From an uncultured Candidatus Actinomarina sp. (GTDB lineage: Bacteria > Actinomycetota > Acidimicrobiia > Actinomarinales > Actinomarinaceae): a stretch of 64,000 nt of DNA. A program made the position numbers and the translations under genes. This document shows, piece after piece, positions 28,352-38,139 of the stretch (within the stretch, counting starts at the first letter, position 1; every line of letters starts with the position of its first letter). The notes under the pieces were generated by a model. The model did not search any database and was not told where the DNA came from. It saw only the letters and a list, made by a program, of their open reading frames with translations. Location: NCBI GenBank assembly GCA_902510995.1, contig CABXDL010000004.1:1259-65258 (forward strand). The letters are read 5' to 3'.

Positions 28352-29824
28352 ATGTTTGGTATATTCAAGAGATCAACTGTAGTACGTAAAAGTGAAGACA
28401 GATTTGATAAATCAGAGACAAAATGGTTTAAAGGGCAAAAAGTAAAAATAAAATCTGGAACAACTAGTTCCAGTTCATTTAACAGAAATCAGAATAGGAA
28501 AGCTTCAAGGCAAACTTGGTTCAGAGAAAAACCTTTGCCAGTCCCTGTTGTTGATAAAAAGCAAATGCTTATTAGTTTTAAAGGTGGTTCTTCAAAAATT
28601 GCTATTCTAGAAGGTGCAACTCTGGTTGAGTATTACACAGCTGAGTCTAAGTCAAAGTCGTTAGTTGGAAATATTTATTTAGGAAAAGTTAAAAACATTT
28701 TACCTGGAATGGAAGCAGCATTTGTTTCATTTGGAGAAGAAAAAAATGGTGTTTTATATGTAGCTGATGTTGCAAATTCGAGAAGAGGCTCAAAGATAGA
28801 AAATATTTTAAAACAGGAACAGGAAATACTTGTACAGGTCGTAAAAGATGCAATGGGTGAAAAAGGAGCAAGGCTTACTGGCCAAATTTCATTTCCAGGA
28901 AGATATTTAGTTTTAATTCCAAACTCAAACTCAAAAGGAATTTCGAGGAGACTTCCAGACAATGAAAGAACTAGGTTAGATAAGATTATTAAAAAAATTA
29001 AACCCCAAGGTTTTGGAGTAATAGTAAGAACTGCAGCTGAAGGCGTTAATGAGGCATCTCTAAAAAGTGATATTGATAAATTAATTAATGAATGGGATAA
29101 AGTTTCTGGAAACGACTCAGGTTCAGCACCAGTTCTTATTCATGAAGAGCCAGACTTATCAGTTAAGGTTATTAGAGAACACTTAGGAACAAATTTTAAA
29201 AAGTTATTAATTCAAGGTGGAAAGCATTTTGAGGAGATTAAAGAATATATCAATGAAACCTCCCCTGAATTAAATGATATTGTTGAGTCATATAATGACG
29301 AGCTTGAATTATTTGAAAGATACCATATTGAAGATCAAATAAAAAAAGCATTGGATAGAAAGGTTTGGTTGCCTTCTGGGGGACATTTAATTATTGATAG
29401 AACAGAGGCTTTGACTGTTATTGATGTAAATACAGGAAAATTTGTCGGTAAAGATAGTTTAGAGCAAACTGTTTATGAGAATAATCTAGAAGCTTCAGAA
29501 GAGATAGCTAGACAGTTAAGATTACGTGATATTGGTGGAATAATTGTTATTGATTTTATTGATATGGAATCAGTAAAAAAGCAAGAATCATTATTACAAA
29601 AATTTAAGCAAGAGTTAGCTAAAGATAAAACTAGGACTCAGGTATTTAATGTATCAAGATTAGGTTTGGTTGAGATGACAAGAAAGAATGTTTCAGCGGG
29701 CCTTATAGAAAGTTTTTCAGAAGAATGTGAAGAATGTAATGGTAGGGGTCTTATAATAAATGATATTTTTTCAAATAATTCCGTAGAAGATAATTTACTT
29801 GAATCAGATGCCGTAGTAGAGTAG
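28352..29824 (+). CDS. ribonuclease E/G family endoribonuclease (short, 490 aa)
   Basis: S1 domain VGNIYLGKV.NILPGMEAAFVSFG, catalytic-core DFIDM, and a CEECNGRG zinc link. Basic N-terminal extension. GGAGG lies upstream of the start. Confidence 0.9.
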   Translation: MFGIFKRSTVVRKSEDRFDKSETKWFKGQKVKIKSGTTSSSSFNRNQNRKASRQTWFREKPLPVPVVDKKQMLISFKGGSSKIAILEGATLVEYYTAESKSKSLVGNIYLGKVKNILPGMEAAFVSFGEEKNGVLYVADVANSRRGSKIENILKQEQEILVQVVKDAMGEKGARLTGQISFPGRYLVLIPNSNSKGISRRLPDNERTRLDKIIKKIKPQGFGVIVRTAAEGVNEASLKSDIDKLINEWDKVSGNDSGSAPVLIHEEPDLSVKVIREHLGTNFKKLLIQGGKHFEEIKEYINETSPELNDIVESYNDELELFERYHIEDQIKKALDRKVWLPSGGHLIIDRTEALTVIDVNTGKFVGKDSLEQTVYENNLEASEEIARQLRLRDIGGIIVIDFIDMESVKKQESLLQKFKQELAKDKTRTQVFNVSRLGLVEMTRKNVSAGLIESFSEECEECNGRGLIINDIFSNNSVEDNLLESDAVVE

Positions 29825-29831
29825 TTGAGTT

Positions 29832-30158
29832 ATGAGTAAATATGCTGTTATAGAAGTTGGGGCTAAGCAAGAAAGAGTAGCTGAAGGCGATATTCTGGAA
29901 GTCCCAAAAAGTTTTTCATTAGATTCAATAAATCCTATCTTATTAAGTCCTAGGAAAGGCTCTATAGTAACTGATGAAAAGAGCTTGTTAGAATGCTCAG
30001 TTAATTTAGAGTTAATAGACGAGAAAAAATTAAAAAAATTAAACATATTTCAATACAAAAATAAGACTGGCAACAGAAGAAGAGTTGGATACAGGGATGA
30101 AGTAAAAGTTGTGAAAGTAAAATCAATATCAAACAAGACTTCAGGAGAGGAAGAATAA
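29832..30158 (+). CDS. rplU: 50S ribosomal protein L21
   Basis: YAVIEVGAKQERVAEGD...KKLNIFQYKNKTG.RRR.GYR. Confidence 0.93.
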   Translation: MSKYAVIEVGAKQERVAEGDILEVPKSFSLDSINPILLSPRKGSIVTDEKSLLECSVNLELIDEKKLKKLNIFQYKNKTGNRRRVGYRDEVKVVKVKSISNKTSGEEE

Positions 30159-30161
30159 CTA

Positions 30162-30413
30162 ATGTCAAAAACTAAAGCTGGTGGTTCAACTAGAAACGGA
30201 AGAGATTCAGAGTCCAAACGACTTGGTACAAAAGTTTTTGATGGTCAAGATATTTCAGCAGGTTCAATTGTTATTAGACAAAGAGGAACAAAGATTCATC
30301 CGGGTGAAAATGTTTCAAAAGGTGGGGATGATACATTATTTGCAAAAGTAGATGGAGTAGTCAAATATTCATCGAGGAATGGTAGAAAATTAGTAAATAT
30401 CATTCCGAAATGA
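30162..30413 (+). CDS. rpmA: 50S ribosomal protein L27
   Basis: [23 protein letters not shown]....GSIV.RQRGTK.HPG.NV. No Prp-type N-terminal propeptide. Confidence 0.95.
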   Translation: MSKTKAGGSTRNGRDSESKRLGTKVFDGQDISAGSIVIRQRGTKIHPGENVSKGGDDTLFAKVDGVVKYSSRNGRKLVNIIPK

Positions 30414-30414
30414 A

Positions 30415-31611
30415 ATGTTTGTTGACAATGTCGAGCTAAGCTTGCTTTCTGGAGCAGGTGGCTCAGGATCTATAAGTTTTAAATCTAAAGGAACCAAAAG
30501 CTCTCCCAATGGTGGCACTGGTGGAGAAGGCGGTTCTATTTATTTTAAATCTGATGATAGTATTTATGACTTTAGTTCAATTTATTCAACCAGTTCATTT
30601 AAAGCTGAAAACGGAGAAGATGCTGGAAAAGATTTTCAAGATGGAAAAAATGGAAATGATCTATTTATTAATGTTCCTTTAGGAACTTCTATATTAGTTA
30701 ATAATGAAAAAGTAGCAGAGATACTTAAGGATGAGGTTACGTTTCTAATTTGTAAGGGAGGCAAGGGAGGAAGAGGGAATAAAGATTTAATTGCAAAAAG
30801 AAATCCGAACCCAAAAATTTCAGAATCAGGAGAAAAAAGAAAAAAAGTAAATGTAATGCTTCAATTAAGCTTAATAACTGACATTGCAATTTTGGGACTT
30901 CCTAATTCTGGAAAGAGTACATTAATTAAGACAATAACTAATTCAAACGCTAAAACTGGGACATATCCATTCACAACTATTACTCCAAATTTAGGGGTTT
31001 ATGAAGGTAAAGGAAAACCATTAGTAATTTGTGATTTGCCTGGATTAATAGAAGGAGCTTCTGAAGGTGTTGGTATGGGAGATTCAATTTTGAAACATTT
31101 AAAAAACTCAAAAGTTTTAATTTTATTATTAGATCCAAGTAATTCAGAATATAGCGTTGATGAGCAAGCTAAATTAATCGAAAAAGAAATGTATAAATAT
31201 AATAATAATCTAAAAAAACTTCCAATTATAAAAGTTGTTAATAAATCAGATTTAGGTATTGAAAATAATGAGTATCTCAATATATCAGCCATAAATAATA
31301 AAGGTATAAACAAATTGATTGAAAGTATAGATAAATATGACTACAGCAATCTTGATACAATAAATAAAAGCTTTGAGAAGATAAGTTTAGAAGGGGATCT
31401 TTTTTCTATAGAAAAACATGATAACAGGTGGGAAGTAACAGGAGACTTAGTAGACCGAATTACTAATTTAAATGGGAATGAGTTTGATGTATTTAATGAA
31501 ATATCACATAGATTTGAAAAGTCAGAAATACCTGCACAACTGGAAGATATGGGAATTAAAAAAGGCGACATAATAAAATTAAATAATTCTGAGTTTGAAT
31601 ATGAAAAGTAA
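30415..31611 (+). CDS. obg: GTPase Obg/CgtA
   Basis: FVDNVELSL.SG.GG.GSISF, glycine-rich Obg fold, G1 GLPNSGKST, DLPGLIEGAS, and a C-terminal OCT-like domain. Confidence 0.93.
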   Translation: MFVDNVELSLLSGAGGSGSISFKSKGTKSSPNGGTGGEGGSIYFKSDDSIYDFSSIYSTSSFKAENGEDAGKDFQDGKNGNDLFINVPLGTSILVNNEKVAEILKDEVTFLICKGGKGGRGNKDLIAKRNPNPKISESGEKRKKVNVMLQLSLITDIAILGLPNSGKSTLIKTITNSNAKTGTYPFTTITPNLGVYEGKGKPLVICDLPGLIEGASEGVGMGDSILKHLKNSKVLILLLDPSNSEYSVDEQAKLIEKEMYKYNNNLKKLPIIKVVNKSDLGIENNEYLNISAINNKGINKLIESIDKYDYSNLDTINKSFEKISLEGDLFSIEKHDNRWEVTGDLVDRITNLNGNEFDVFNEISHRFEKSEIPAQLEDMGIKKGDIIKLNNSEFEYEK

Positions 31612-32662
31612 AAAAAATATAGTTATAAAAATAGGAACAACTTCAATTATTAAAGATGGAGAGTTAAACCTAGGCTTAATGGACTCTCTTGCTTCCTCCA
31701 TAAAAGAACAAAAACAAAATGGTTTTAATTTTATTATCGTAACTTCAGGTGCTGTCCAATTAGGAGCGAATGAACTAAACCTTGACCAAAGACCTACTGA
31801 GTTAAAGTCTTTACAGGTAGCTTCTTCTGTTGGTCAAATTGCTTTAGTTAATTCTTTTAAAGAAGTATTTAAAACTAAAGATTTAAAAATAGGCCAGGTA
31901 TTAATGTCTAAGAATGTTCTTGAAGATCGAAATCAATTTGTAAACACATCTGAGGCTCTAAATGAATTAATAATACAAGACATTATTCCTGTAATAAATG
32001 AAAATGATATTGTTGCTACTGAAGAATTAAAATTTGGTGATAACGACAGACTTTCCGCAATAGTAGCAATTGTAGTGAAAGCAGAAAAATTAGTATTAAT
32101 AACGAATCAGGAAGGTTTATTTGATTCTGATCCACAAAAATCAAAAAATGCAGAAAAAATAAATTATATTGAATACGATTCAGACGAATTAGCTGACTTG
32201 ATACCAACATCATCAACAGGAGAGGGTATGGGCGGATTCTCAACAAAAATTATGGCTTCACAAATGGCTGGATTTTCTGGAATTCCTACGCAAATTATAA
32301 CCTGGTCAGATGATTGTATTAAGAAAGTAGTAAACAATGAAGATATTGGCACATTTGTTAAACCATCTTCTAAAAACGTAAAACTTAAAAAATTATGGAT
32401 AGCATACGGAATGCCAATTGTAGGGCGAATAAATATAGATGACGGTGCAAGGGATGCTTTAATTAAGGACGCTTCATTGTTGTCTAGAGGAATTAATAAA
32501 GTTAATGTACCTTTTGAAAGTAATGACGGAATTGAAATTTTTGATACTAGTAATTCATTAATTGGTAAGGGAATTTCTAAAATATCTAATAAAGAGTTTA
32601 GCTTAGATAAAGATGCTGAAAATAAAGTAGTTATTCATAAAGATAATTTATTAATTTTATAA
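31595..32662 (+). CDS. proB: glutamate 5-kinase (with PUA domain)
   Basis: IVIKIGTTS, VTSGAV..G, NENDIVAT.ELKFGDNDRLSA.VA, and a C-terminal PUA-like segment. Confidence 0.92.
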   Translation: MNMKSKKNIVIKIGTTSIIKDGELNLGLMDSLASSIKEQKQNGFNFIIVTSGAVQLGANELNLDQRPTELKSLQVASSVGQIALVNSFKEVFKTKDLKIGQVLMSKNVLEDRNQFVNTSEALNELIIQDIIPVINENDIVATEELKFGDNDRLSAIVAIVVKAEKLVLITNQEGLFDSDPQKSKNAEKINYIEYDSDELADLIPTSSTGEGMGGFSTKIMASQMAGFSGIPTQIITWSDDCIKKVVNNEDIGTFVKPSSKNVKLKKLWIAYGMPIVGRINIDDGARDALIKDASLLSRGINKVNVPFESNDGIEIFDTSNSLIGKGISKISNKEFSLDKDAENKVVIHKDNLLIL

Positions 32663-32702
32663 AACATTTTAAATATTCGTGAAATCAAATTAATCTTGAT
32701 AT

Positions 32703-33944
32703 GTGTTAAAAGAAATAGGCGAAAAAGCAATAATTGCTTCAAAACAAATAAACCAATTAGATACAGATAAAAAGAATAATCTTATTAATGATATGTCTGA
32801 GCAGCTTATTAAAGATTCTGATTTAATATTAAAAGCAAATAAAAAAGATCTTGATAATGCTAATGAACTAGACCTTTCATCATCTCTAGTTGATCGTTTA
32901 ACTTTAACTAGGGAGAGAATTGAAGGTATGAGTAATGGTTTAAAAAAGATTATTCCACTTAAGGATCCTGTAGGTGAGGTAACGAAATCATGGACAACTG
33001 ATGATGGACTTAATATTAATAAAGTAAGGTCTCCTTTTGGAGTTATTGGAATAATCTATGAAGCAAGGCCTAATGTTACCAGTGATGTTTCAGCCCTTTG
33101 CATCAAGTCTGGTAATGCAGTAATTTTAAAAGGCTCTAGTTATTGTTTAGATTCTAATTCTGAAATACTAAATTCTTTACAAAAAACATTAGAAAAAAAT
33201 AAAATTAATAAAGATGCTATCCAGCTTATTAAAAGTAAGGAAAGAGAAGATACTATAAAATTTATGAAACTTACTGAATGTATCGATTTAATTGTTCCTA
33301 GAGGAGGGAAGGGTTTAATTAATACATTAGTAGATAATGCAAAGGTTCCATTTATTTTAGACGGAGATGGCAATGTGCATCTTTATGTACATGATGACGC
33401 AAATCCCAAATATATAATCGATATAATTATTAACTCAAAAGTGCAAAGACCAGGAGTGTGTAATGCTCTTGAAACTTTGATATTAAATAAATCCATATAT
33501 CAAAATATGGGTAAAGAAATCATAAATGAACTACTTAAAAATGATGTTGAGCTTTTTGTAGATGAAATAATAACCACTGAATTCCCAGATCTAGAAATAG
33601 CTAACGATGATCATTATATGACTGAATTCCATGATTTAAAGTTAGCAATTAAAATTGTTGATGACTTGGATGAAGCAATACAGCACATAGAAAAATATTC
33701 CTCAGGCCATACTGAAGCAATAATTTCTGAATCTAATGAAGTAGCAAATATATTTTCTAAATCTATAGATTCCTCAGTTATTTTTATTAATGCTTCTACA
33801 AGGTTTACAGACGGTGAAATGTTTGGTTTTGGTGCCGAAGTAGGAATTAGCACTCAGAAATTGCACGCTAGAGGTCCAATGGGATTAGAATCTTTAACAA
33901 ACGAAAGATATGTTGTTGAAGGGTCAGGAACAGTAAGAAAATGA
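32703..33944 (+). CDS. proA: gamma-glutamyl phosphate reductase
   Basis: GVIGIIYEARPNVT, LKGS, CNALETLIL and GHTEAI.S. GTG start. Confidence 0.92.
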   Translation: MLKEIGEKAIIASKQINQLDTDKKNNLINDMSEQLIKDSDLILKANKKDLDNANELDLSSSLVDRLTLTRERIEGMSNGLKKIIPLKDPVGEVTKSWTTDDGLNINKVRSPFGVIGIIYEARPNVTSDVSALCIKSGNAVILKGSSYCLDSNSEILNSLQKTLEKNKINKDAIQLIKSKEREDTIKFMKLTECIDLIVPRGGKGLINTLVDNAKVPFILDGDGNVHLYVHDDANPKYIIDIIINSKVQRPGVCNALETLILNKSIYQNMGKEIINELLKNDVELFVDEIITTEFPDLEIANDDHYMTEFHDLKLAIKIVDDLDEAIQHIEKYSSGHTEAIISESNEVANIFSKSIDSSVIFINASTRFTDGEMFGFGAEVGISTQKLHARGPMGLESLTNERYVVEGSGTVRK

Positions 33945-34774
33945 AAATTAATGATCTAACTATAGATGGGCTAGAGCAAGAAAACTATTTTGCAACTCAG
34001 GAACTTATCGATGTTATTAACGCTGCAATATTTCTAGATAAGCCTTTATTGATTGAAGGTCCGGCAGGTACAGGAAAAACTTTTTTAGCTAAGACACTTT
34101 CTGCATTACTGAATTTAGAGCTTATAAGACTTCAATGTCATGAAGGAATTGATGAAGATAAATCGGTTTATGAATGGAATTACAAAAAGCAACTTTTATC
34201 AATACAAAAAAGTGAAGAAAATGAAAATCTTTTTGATGAAAAGTACTTAATTAAAAGACCTATTTTGACTGCTTTAACTACTGAAGAAAACTCACTTTTT
34301 TTAATCGATGAAATTGATAGATCAGATGAAGAGTTCGAAGCTTTACTATTGGAAGTTCTTGCTGAAAATCAAGTTACAATTCCAGAGTTTGGAACAATAA
34401 AAGGTAGTGAAAATAGAATTACAATTCTTACCTCTAACAGCACGAGGGAGTTGTCAGATGCTCTTAGAAGAAGATGTATATATTATTATCTAGATTTTCC
34501 GTCTATTGAAATTGAAACTAAAGTTTTCATGAACAGTATTGAAGATATAGATGAAAATGAAGCCAGAAAATATGCCTCTCTTGTATCGTTTATCAGAAGC
34601 TTAAGTCTTAATAAAATTCCTTCTTTAATTGAGTCTGTTGAGTGGGTTAAATATAATAACTCAAAAGATCAAGAATCAGTTAGATCTAATCTAGGTATAT
34701 TATTAAAAGATAAATCTGATCAAAAGAAATATGTAGAAAAACTAGAAGAGTCTAATGAGTTTAACCAAGAATGA
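33941..34774 (+). CDS. MoxR/CoxD-like AAA+ ATPase (AAA_5)
   Basis: LLIEGPAGTGKTFLAKTLS...LIRLQCHEG.DE...YEWNY, and Walker B LFLIDEIDR. ATGA overlap with proA. Confidence 0.85.
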   Translation: MKINDLTIDGLEQENYFATQELIDVINAAIFLDKPLLIEGPAGTGKTFLAKTLSALLNLELIRLQCHEGIDEDKSVYEWNYKKQLLSIQKSEENENLFDEKYLIKRPILTALTTEENSLFLIDEIDRSDEEFEALLLEVLAENQVTIPEFGTIKGSENRITILTSNSTRELSDALRRRCIYYYLDFPSIEIETKVFMNSIEDIDENEARKYASLVSFIRSLSLNKIPSLIESVEWVKYNNSKDQESVRSNLGILLKDKSDQKKYVEKLEESNEFNQE

Positions 34775-36122
34775 AATTTTAAATTTTTCTAATTTTTGTA
34801 AAAGTAACAATTATTTTATTCCAACAGACCAACTTAAAGTATTTTTCGAATATAAGAATCTCAAAAATTTAAAAAATTTAGAAAAAGAACTTCTTTATTT
34901 ATATTTTTTAATTCCTAAAAATAGAGAGGATCAGATTCATCTTAAAAATTTAATTAATAGATACTTCAATCATTCAATTGAAAATAATGACTCAACAAGT
35001 TATTCGTTATTGAGTGAATATTCTAATGACGATAGTGATCTACAGCAGATTATCTCAGATTTAAATGCTGGAAATTATGAAAATTTTGATACCCTTGTAA
35101 AAAGTGTAATTGAAAATTTTGGTGATATAGATTTTTCAAGACCAGTATCAAATGATTATTGGTTAAATCAAATAAAAAAAAGTCTTAAATATCAAGAAAC
35201 TATGATGTTATTTTCTAATTATGAATTTGATGAAGTTTCATCTATTACTAATTTAATAAATAAAAATAAATTTAATGATTTATTAGATATGAAGATACTA
35301 GAAATCTTGAGTGAGGAAAGAAATAAAGCAAAAGATTCATATCAACCATCAGAACTTGAACCAAAAACACAATTAGGAGAATTAGATTTCCTTTATACAG
35401 ATCCAAATGAAAGAAGAATTCTATTAGAACAAACTTATAAGCTAGGAAATAAATTAGCTATAAAATTTAAAAGACACATAAAACAAGCTAGTAAGGGAAA
35501 ATTGCATTTTAGAAAAACAATTAGAAAGTCTATGCAAACAGGTGGAATCTTCCACAAAATTATAATGAGACCAAAATTATTACGAAAACCCAATCTAGTT
35601 ATAGCTTGTGATATAAGTGGTTCAATGGCTTTGTATTCACTTTTTGGCATAACGCTATTGTTTGGGATGGTAAGTAGATTTAGCTCAATTAAAGCTTTTG
35701 TATTTATAGATGGTTTAACAGATGTAACAAAAACATTGAAAAAATTAAAAAAGAATGAAATTGATTCTGTTTTACATAATTGGAACAGTTATGTAAAAAG
35801 TGATGGACATTCTGATTATGAAAAATCATTTCAAGATTTAATAGATCAAAATAAAAAGCTAAATTCTACAACGAAGAGTCTTATTGTTATAGGGGATGGA
35901 AGAAATAATTATAGAAATATATCTGAAGAACTTATTAATAATTTATATAATCAATTTGAAAAAATTTATTGGATGAATCCTGAAAAGAAAAAGTATTGGG
36001 ATACAGGAGACAGTCAAATAAGTAAGTTTGAAAGAATAACTAAAACAACTTCTGAAGTTCGGAATTATAATCAATTACGTGATTTTGTGAACAATATAGA
36101 TTTTAAAAAGATGTTGAAATGA
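34755..36122 (+). CDS. VWA domain protein, CoxE-like (MIDAS DxSxS)
   Basis: Basic stretch then LVIACDISGSM (nt 35610-35627), later LIVIGDGRNNY. 20-nt overlap with the moxR-like gene. Confidence 0.8.
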   Translation: MSLTKNEILNFSNFCKSNNYFIPTDQLKVFFEYKNLKNLKNLEKELLYLYFLIPKNREDQIHLKNLINRYFNHSIENNDSTSYSLLSEYSNDDSDLQQIISDLNAGNYENFDTLVKSVIENFGDIDFSRPVSNDYWLNQIKKSLKYQETMMLFSNYEFDEVSSITNLINKNKFNDLLDMKILEILSEERNKAKDSYQPSELEPKTQLGELDFLYTDPNERRILLEQTYKLGNKLAIKFKRHIKQASKGKLHFRKTIRKSMQTGGIFHKIIMRPKLLRKPNLVIACDISGSMALYSLFGITLLFGMVSRFSSIKAFVFIDGLTDVTKTLKKLKKNEIDSVLHNWNSYVKSDGHSDYEKSFQDLIDQNKKLNSTTKSLIVIGDGRNNYRNISEELINNLYNQFEKIYWMNPEKKKYWDTGDSQISKFERITKTTSEVRNYNQLRDFVNNIDFKKMLK

Positions 36123-36685
36123 AAGTAACAGGAATTTTAGGTGGGACTTTTGACCCTCCACATAATGCACATTACGAAATAGCTCAGAGAGCTATTAATC
36201 AATACAATTTGGATAGAGTCATTTTTATACCGACAGGTAATCCTTGGCAAAAAGATATAGAAACTTCATATGATGATAGGTACATAATGACAAACTTATT
36301 GATTAACAGCAACCCCTTATTTGAAATAAGTGACATTGAAAAATCTGTAAATGAACCTTCCTATACTGTTGAGACTCTTAAAAAACTAAATATAGAAAAA
36401 GAACATATGTTTTTCATACTTGGTGCGGATGTTGCTATTTCTATAAACACTTGGAAAGATTATAAAGATTTAAATTTATTAACTAACTTTCTCATTGCGC
36501 CAAGAGAAGAAATAACTAAAGAAAAATTAGTAAGCGAATTTCCATTTGAGTTTAACTTAATTGAAGGTGATGAATTAGATATAAGTTCTACTGGAATTAG
36601 AAACAAAATAATAAGTGAAGAAAGCATTGAAGGCAAAATTCCTACAAAGATTCAAAATTATATTAAAGAAAATGAGTTATATTAA
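36119..36685 (+). CDS. nadD: nicotinate-nucleotide adenylyltransferase
   Basis: GILGGTFDPPHNAH and ISST.IR. ATGA overlap with the VWA gene. Confidence 0.92.
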   Translation: MKVTGILGGTFDPPHNAHYEIAQRAINQYNLDRVIFIPTGNPWQKDIETSYDDRYIMTNLLINSNPLFEISDIEKSVNEPSYTVETLKKLNIEKEHMFFILGADVAISINTWKDYKDLNLLTNFLIAPREEITKEKLVSEFPFEFNLIEGDELDISSTGIRNKIISEESIEGKIPTKIQNYIKENELY

Positions 36686-38133
36686 GATTTCCAAGTTTTC
36701 TTATAAAAAAGTATCGCAATAGGGAATATTTCTAATCTTCCAACAATCATTAAAAATGATAAGATCATTTTTGAGTAGCTATCAAGAAATGCATAGTTAT
36801 TTACTGGTCCAACTTCTTTTAAACCAGGTCCAATATTATTCATTGCTGATGCTACAGCACTTAAAACACCTTCAAAAGACAGGTTTAATCCAGACATATT
36901 TGTACTTATACTTAAAGCAAAACTTCCTAACACAAATATTGAAACATATAAAATAAAGAATGTTTGTACAGATTCAATCATTTTTTCGGGTAAGACTGAT
37001 TTTGACATCCTAATTTTAAATATTGCATTGGGGTAAATGATTTTTCTTATCTCGTTCCTTACAGATTTAAGCAAGGCTATAACCCTTATTGTTTTGATTC
37101 CTCCAGCTGTTGATCCTGCCATTCCACCTAAAAACATAAGTCCGAGTATAAAAATTCTAAAGTCTATATGCCAAAGCTGATAATCAACATTTGTATAACC
37201 AGTAGTTGTTATTAATGTTAACGCTGTAAAAAATGCTGTATTTATAGCTTCATTGAGCGTATCGCTTATAGATAAGCTTTTTGGAATAAAAATAACTGCT
37301 GTTGTAATCACTATAAAAAGATAAAATTTAAATTCTGTACTCTCAATCAATGCTTTAATTGTTCTAAAACTTTTTAATAGCAAAGTGAAAGAGACTCCAG
37401 CAATAAACATAAATATAATGATTATCCACTTAGCTAGAATAGAAAATTCAGAAACAGAAGAATTTAATGTACTAAACCCACCTGTCGAAAGAGTTGTAAA
37501 TGAATGATTTAAAGATGTAAATAAATCTAATCCCGAAAAATACAGAAGTAATGTTTCTATCAAAGTTATAACAGCGTAAGAAAACCAAAGTAATTTAGCT
37601 GTATCTTTAAATTTTGGAGTTAATCTATCCGTAGTTGGTCCAGGAGATTCGGCTTTGAATAAATTAATACCGCCAGAACCTAATAAAGGCAAAACAGATA
37701 TAGTTAGAACAACAATTCCCATTCCTCCTAACCACTGAGTAATTGATCTCCAAAGAAGTAGGGCTGGATTAACAGATTCTATATCAGTCAAAATAGAAGC
37801 TCCAGTAGTTGTAAAGCCTGAAATTGTTTCAAAAAGTATATCAATGAAGCTCAAATTGGTATTTGAAAAAACATATGGCAGTGTTCCAAATAAAGAAATA
37901 AATATCCATGAAATACCAACAGCTGCAAATCCTTGGATTGTTGTTAGTTGTTTTGAAGGGATGATTTTTTTCCTAACAATAAAAGTGACTAGTAAAGTAA
38001 TTAATAGTAATGATAAGAGTGAAATAGCAAATCTGTAATCCTCAAGATAAAAAGCATATAAAATAGAGGGTAAAAGAGCAATAGCTAAAACAGGGTATAT
38101 CGCCGAATTAATGAATGCAATAATTTTAAACAT
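36682..38133 (-). CDS. trkH: Trk-type potassium uptake membrane subunit
   Basis: 483-aa polytopic protein with repeated pore-loop-like TTTG/STGG/GGxxGSTAGG motifs (SGFTTTGAS, LSTGGFST, TTTGYT, MAGSTAGGIK). Confidence 0.9.
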   Translation of the reverse strand: MFKIIAFINSAIYPVLAIALLPSILYAFYLEDYRFAISLLSLLLITLLVTFIVRKKIIPSKQLTTIQGFAAVGISWIFISLFGTLPYVFSNTNLSFIDILFETISGFTTTGASILTDIESVNPALLLWRSITQWLGGMGIVVLTISVLPLLGSGGINLFKAESPGPTTDRLTPKFKDTAKLLWFSYAVITLIETLLLYFSGLDLFTSLNHSFTTLSTGGFSTLNSSVSEFSILAKWIIIIFMFIAGVSFTLLLKSFRTIKALIESTEFKFYLFIVITTAVIFIPKSLSISDTLNEAINTAFFTALTLITTTGYTNVDYQLWHIDFRIFILGLMFLGGMAGSTAGGIKTIRVIALLKSVRNEIRKIIYPNAIFKIRMSKSVLPEKMIESVQTFFILYVSIFVLGSFALSISTNMSGLNLSFEGVLSAVASAMNNIGPGLKEVGPVNNYAFLDSYSKMILSFLMIVGRLEIFPIAILFYKKTWKS

Positions 38134-38139
38134 TGTATT

